This document shows positions 61,928 through 64,000 of a stretch of DNA of 64,000 bases, piece by piece. Source of the stretch: a virus. Its lineage: Duplodnaviria; Caudoviricetes. The notes beneath the pieces are model-generated. The model made no database searches, was not told where the DNA came from, and saw only the letters and a program-made list of their open reading frames with translations. Position 1 is the stretch's first letter; each line of letters opens with the position of its first letter. The translations under genes were made by a program, and so were the position numbers. Location: positions 1 to 64,000 of IMG/VR virus record IMGVR_UViG_3300018914_000001. One strand, 5' to 3'.

Positions 61928-62947
61928 TTAAAGACCACCTCCGTCTAGTTTTTTCTCAATCTTCTCAGCAAACAGCAATCCAAGGTCAATACTGAAGTCT
62001 GTGCCGAACATTGCCATGCACACATCAAACATAGAGTACTTTTCGACAAGTTCAACAAACTTCGCTCTTGCCTCAGGAGAGAGCGGAGTGTGAATAGTTT
62101 TGTTAACCCATTCTTCAATACGTTGGAACTCTTTTTCATTGTAGCTGTTAGTAGCAATCGCGGTTCTGCTCATGTCTTCTCTCTCCTTAATTTTCATGTC
62201 TTGCTCTTCAGGCGCAATTTCGACTTTAAGAACAGGGGCTTGCATTTCTTTTACTACAGGCTGTTGCGGAGTTGCAATAGCGGCTTCAGCGGTTGCCGCC
62301 ACTTCTGAAGTGGTCGATTCTTCTGTAAAACTAAACCGCTCTTTCAACTGACGCGCTAAATCTTCATTGCCTTGAAGTTCATCTAGCTTGAAGGTTGTTT
62401 TCGTCTTTCCGTCTGTTTTCTTGTCATAATCAGGCAAAAGATGGGCATATTGTTTAGTAGAAAGTTCGTATCGTATTTGCCCACCCTCTCTATCTTCTAT
62501 TTTGACAACATCAGCCTTCACTTTATCGCCAACATTGAAGTAGCGAGACGCATTTTGAGTGAAAGATTTCATGATATTTCTGACATGGACAACACCATTA
62601 TCGCCGTTCGGGAGGCTTACGAATGCGCCCCAAGATTCGACACGTGTAACTTCGCCCTCGATTACATCGCCTACCTTGATAGCGATTTCTCTCTCCTCTT
62701 CTTGTAACTCGATCTGCTGTTCTTGCTGACTCTCTTGCAAACCACCGTTCTCCCAATCCTTCTTGATAGAGTAGTAGATATTTTGCATGTAACCTTTGTC
62801 TACTCCGAATTGTTCAGAAGAAGAGCGCAAAAATTCTGCTAAAGAACCACGCACTTGAAAGGCATTCTCGCTTAGTTTATTTCGAACAATCTTGGTGAAC
62901 TCCTCCTTCCAGTTTTCAACTTTGGTTTCAGTGGCAGTATTTGTCAT
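61928..62947 (-). CDS. S1 RNA-binding-domain protein
   Basis: KVGDVIEGEVTRVESWGAFV.L...GVVHV..I...F.VGDKVK..V..I....ELS.K. Confidence 0.8.
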   Translation of the reverse strand: MTNTATETKVENWKEEFTKIVRNKLSENAFQVRGSLAEFLRSSSEQFGVDKGYMQNIYYSIKKDWENGGLQESQQEQQIELQEEEREIAIKVGDVIEGEVTRVESWGAFVSLPNGDNGVVHVRNIMKSFTQNASRYFNVGDKVKADVVKIEDREGGQIRYELSTKQYAHLLPDYDKKTDGKTKTTFKLDELQGNEDLARQLKERFSFTEESTTSEVAATAEAAIATPQQPVVKEMQAPVLKVEIAPEEQDMKIKEREDMSRTAIATNSYNEKEFQRIEEWVNKTIHTPLSPEARAKFVELVEKYSMFDVCMAMFGTDFSIDLGLLFAEKIEKKLDGGGL

Positions 62948-63038
62948 GTTGAAAGCTCCTTTCAGTAAGAACTAATGTCAGTCTAGCATAAACTTTCACG
63001 TTGCGCAATACTAAATTTTTGCCTATAACAGACAAACC

Positions 63039-63067
63039 ACATGGGTTAAACTAGATTTAACCCATGT
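63039..63067 (-). terminator. Intergenic hairpin, probable terminator
   Basis: ACATGGGTTAAA-CTAGA-TTTAACCCATGT inverted repeat after the 63078 ORF. Confidence 0.5.
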
Positions 63068-64000
63068 AATTCACCTGTTAATCAATCTTCTTGATGAGCT
63101 TCACAAGCTCATTGGAGATGGTAAAGGAACAGCCAGCAACTGCCATGCCGTTGGATGGGTTAACACCTGAGATGTAAGTGTTATCGTCCATTTTCTTATA
63201 ATACCAATCCAGCGAACCATCATTCCCCAAAAGCTCACATCCAGCCTCTTTCAACTCTTCTACATTGAACATTCTATTCACCTCCTTGCCCAAACAGTTT
63301 GTTGAGATCAAGCTTTTCCCAAACAAACTGTTCTTTTCTGAGGTTGTCAACCTGAGTCATATGCATCACCAGCGTCTTCTCCAGATTCTGAAACAGCGTT
63401 TCAACTCTGTTATGACGCTTGGTTACGCTGTTGGGGTTGAAGTGTACCGCTCTGTAGCCCATCTCACCATTGAATCCCCGCCAGCGTTGCACAACCCGTA
63501 CAGCATCCGCGCCAATGTCTCTGGTATGATGGTCAGCCAGCGATACACTAGAGTAGATCAACAGGTCGATCCAAGGTTTTTTAGTCGGAACACTGTAGAC
63601 ATGCTCCCAAGTGTTGGGGATTTGGTGTGTCACATCTTCAGCTTTCCAACTGTCCTTGTCTTCTTTGTTTCGTTTGAAGAACAATTTGTTTTTAACCATG
63701 ATGCCGTTAACTTCATAAACAAATTGTTTATTAGAGAACTTTCTGTAGTCAGCCGCCATTGATATTACCCCCTGATTGTTTATTCAATTCTAATTGAAGC
63801 TTTTCCCTTCTTTTTACTAAACCTCTTTTTCGTTTTTCAATTTGATTTTTAGTTCTAGTGATGTCTTCTCTTGTTCTTGAGATATTCTCTTTACGGACTT
63901 CCGAAATATCGAAGTTAAATCTGGCTTGCTCTGAACGCATCTTTTCTTCATCTTCAAGTCTCTCCAAGTATTTCTCTTGCCTTTCTAGCATATCTTCGTA

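Overview
A 64-kb segment of a large Bacillales phage or prophage (SPbeta-like replication genes; host probably Bacillus/Brevibacillus/Paenibacillus-type). Essentially all genes lie on the minus strand and no structural genes are present. Order: nucleotide metabolism and replication (thyA fragment, thioredoxin, dUTPase, class II RNR, RecJ, primase, DnaB-like helicase, Tmk, AAA ATPase, SSB); TerC/TerD; an ~11-kb RNA-rich island (26.0-37.0 kb); an RNA-repair pair (Pnk-HD and T4 Rnl1-like ligase); metabolic/stress genes (NAD kinase, small HD hydrolase, vWA, YqeY); and a regulatory end (degenerate tyrosine-recombinase-fold protein, DUF262, a 40-bp inverted repeat, three parS sites, a sporulation-type sigma factor plus a truncated sigma). 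The main discovery is in the RNA island. Twelve small RNA elements share a helix followed by ACAGCA(A) and flank a DUF2828 (helical + vWA, Ro60/TROVE-like) gene. Most carry tRNA parts in different topologies: an enclosed whole tRNA, a YrlA-like circularly permuted tRNA, bare anticodon stem-loops, or the module grafted into the anticodon arm of CCA-ended tRNAs. This suggests a Y-RNA-like tRNA-mimic ribonucleoprotein system. Several further large structured ncRNA candidates lie in the same island, including a 332-nt RNA with 7-nt periodic repeats behind a coiled-coil gene. All calls come from reading the sequence by eye; no searches or folding programs were run.
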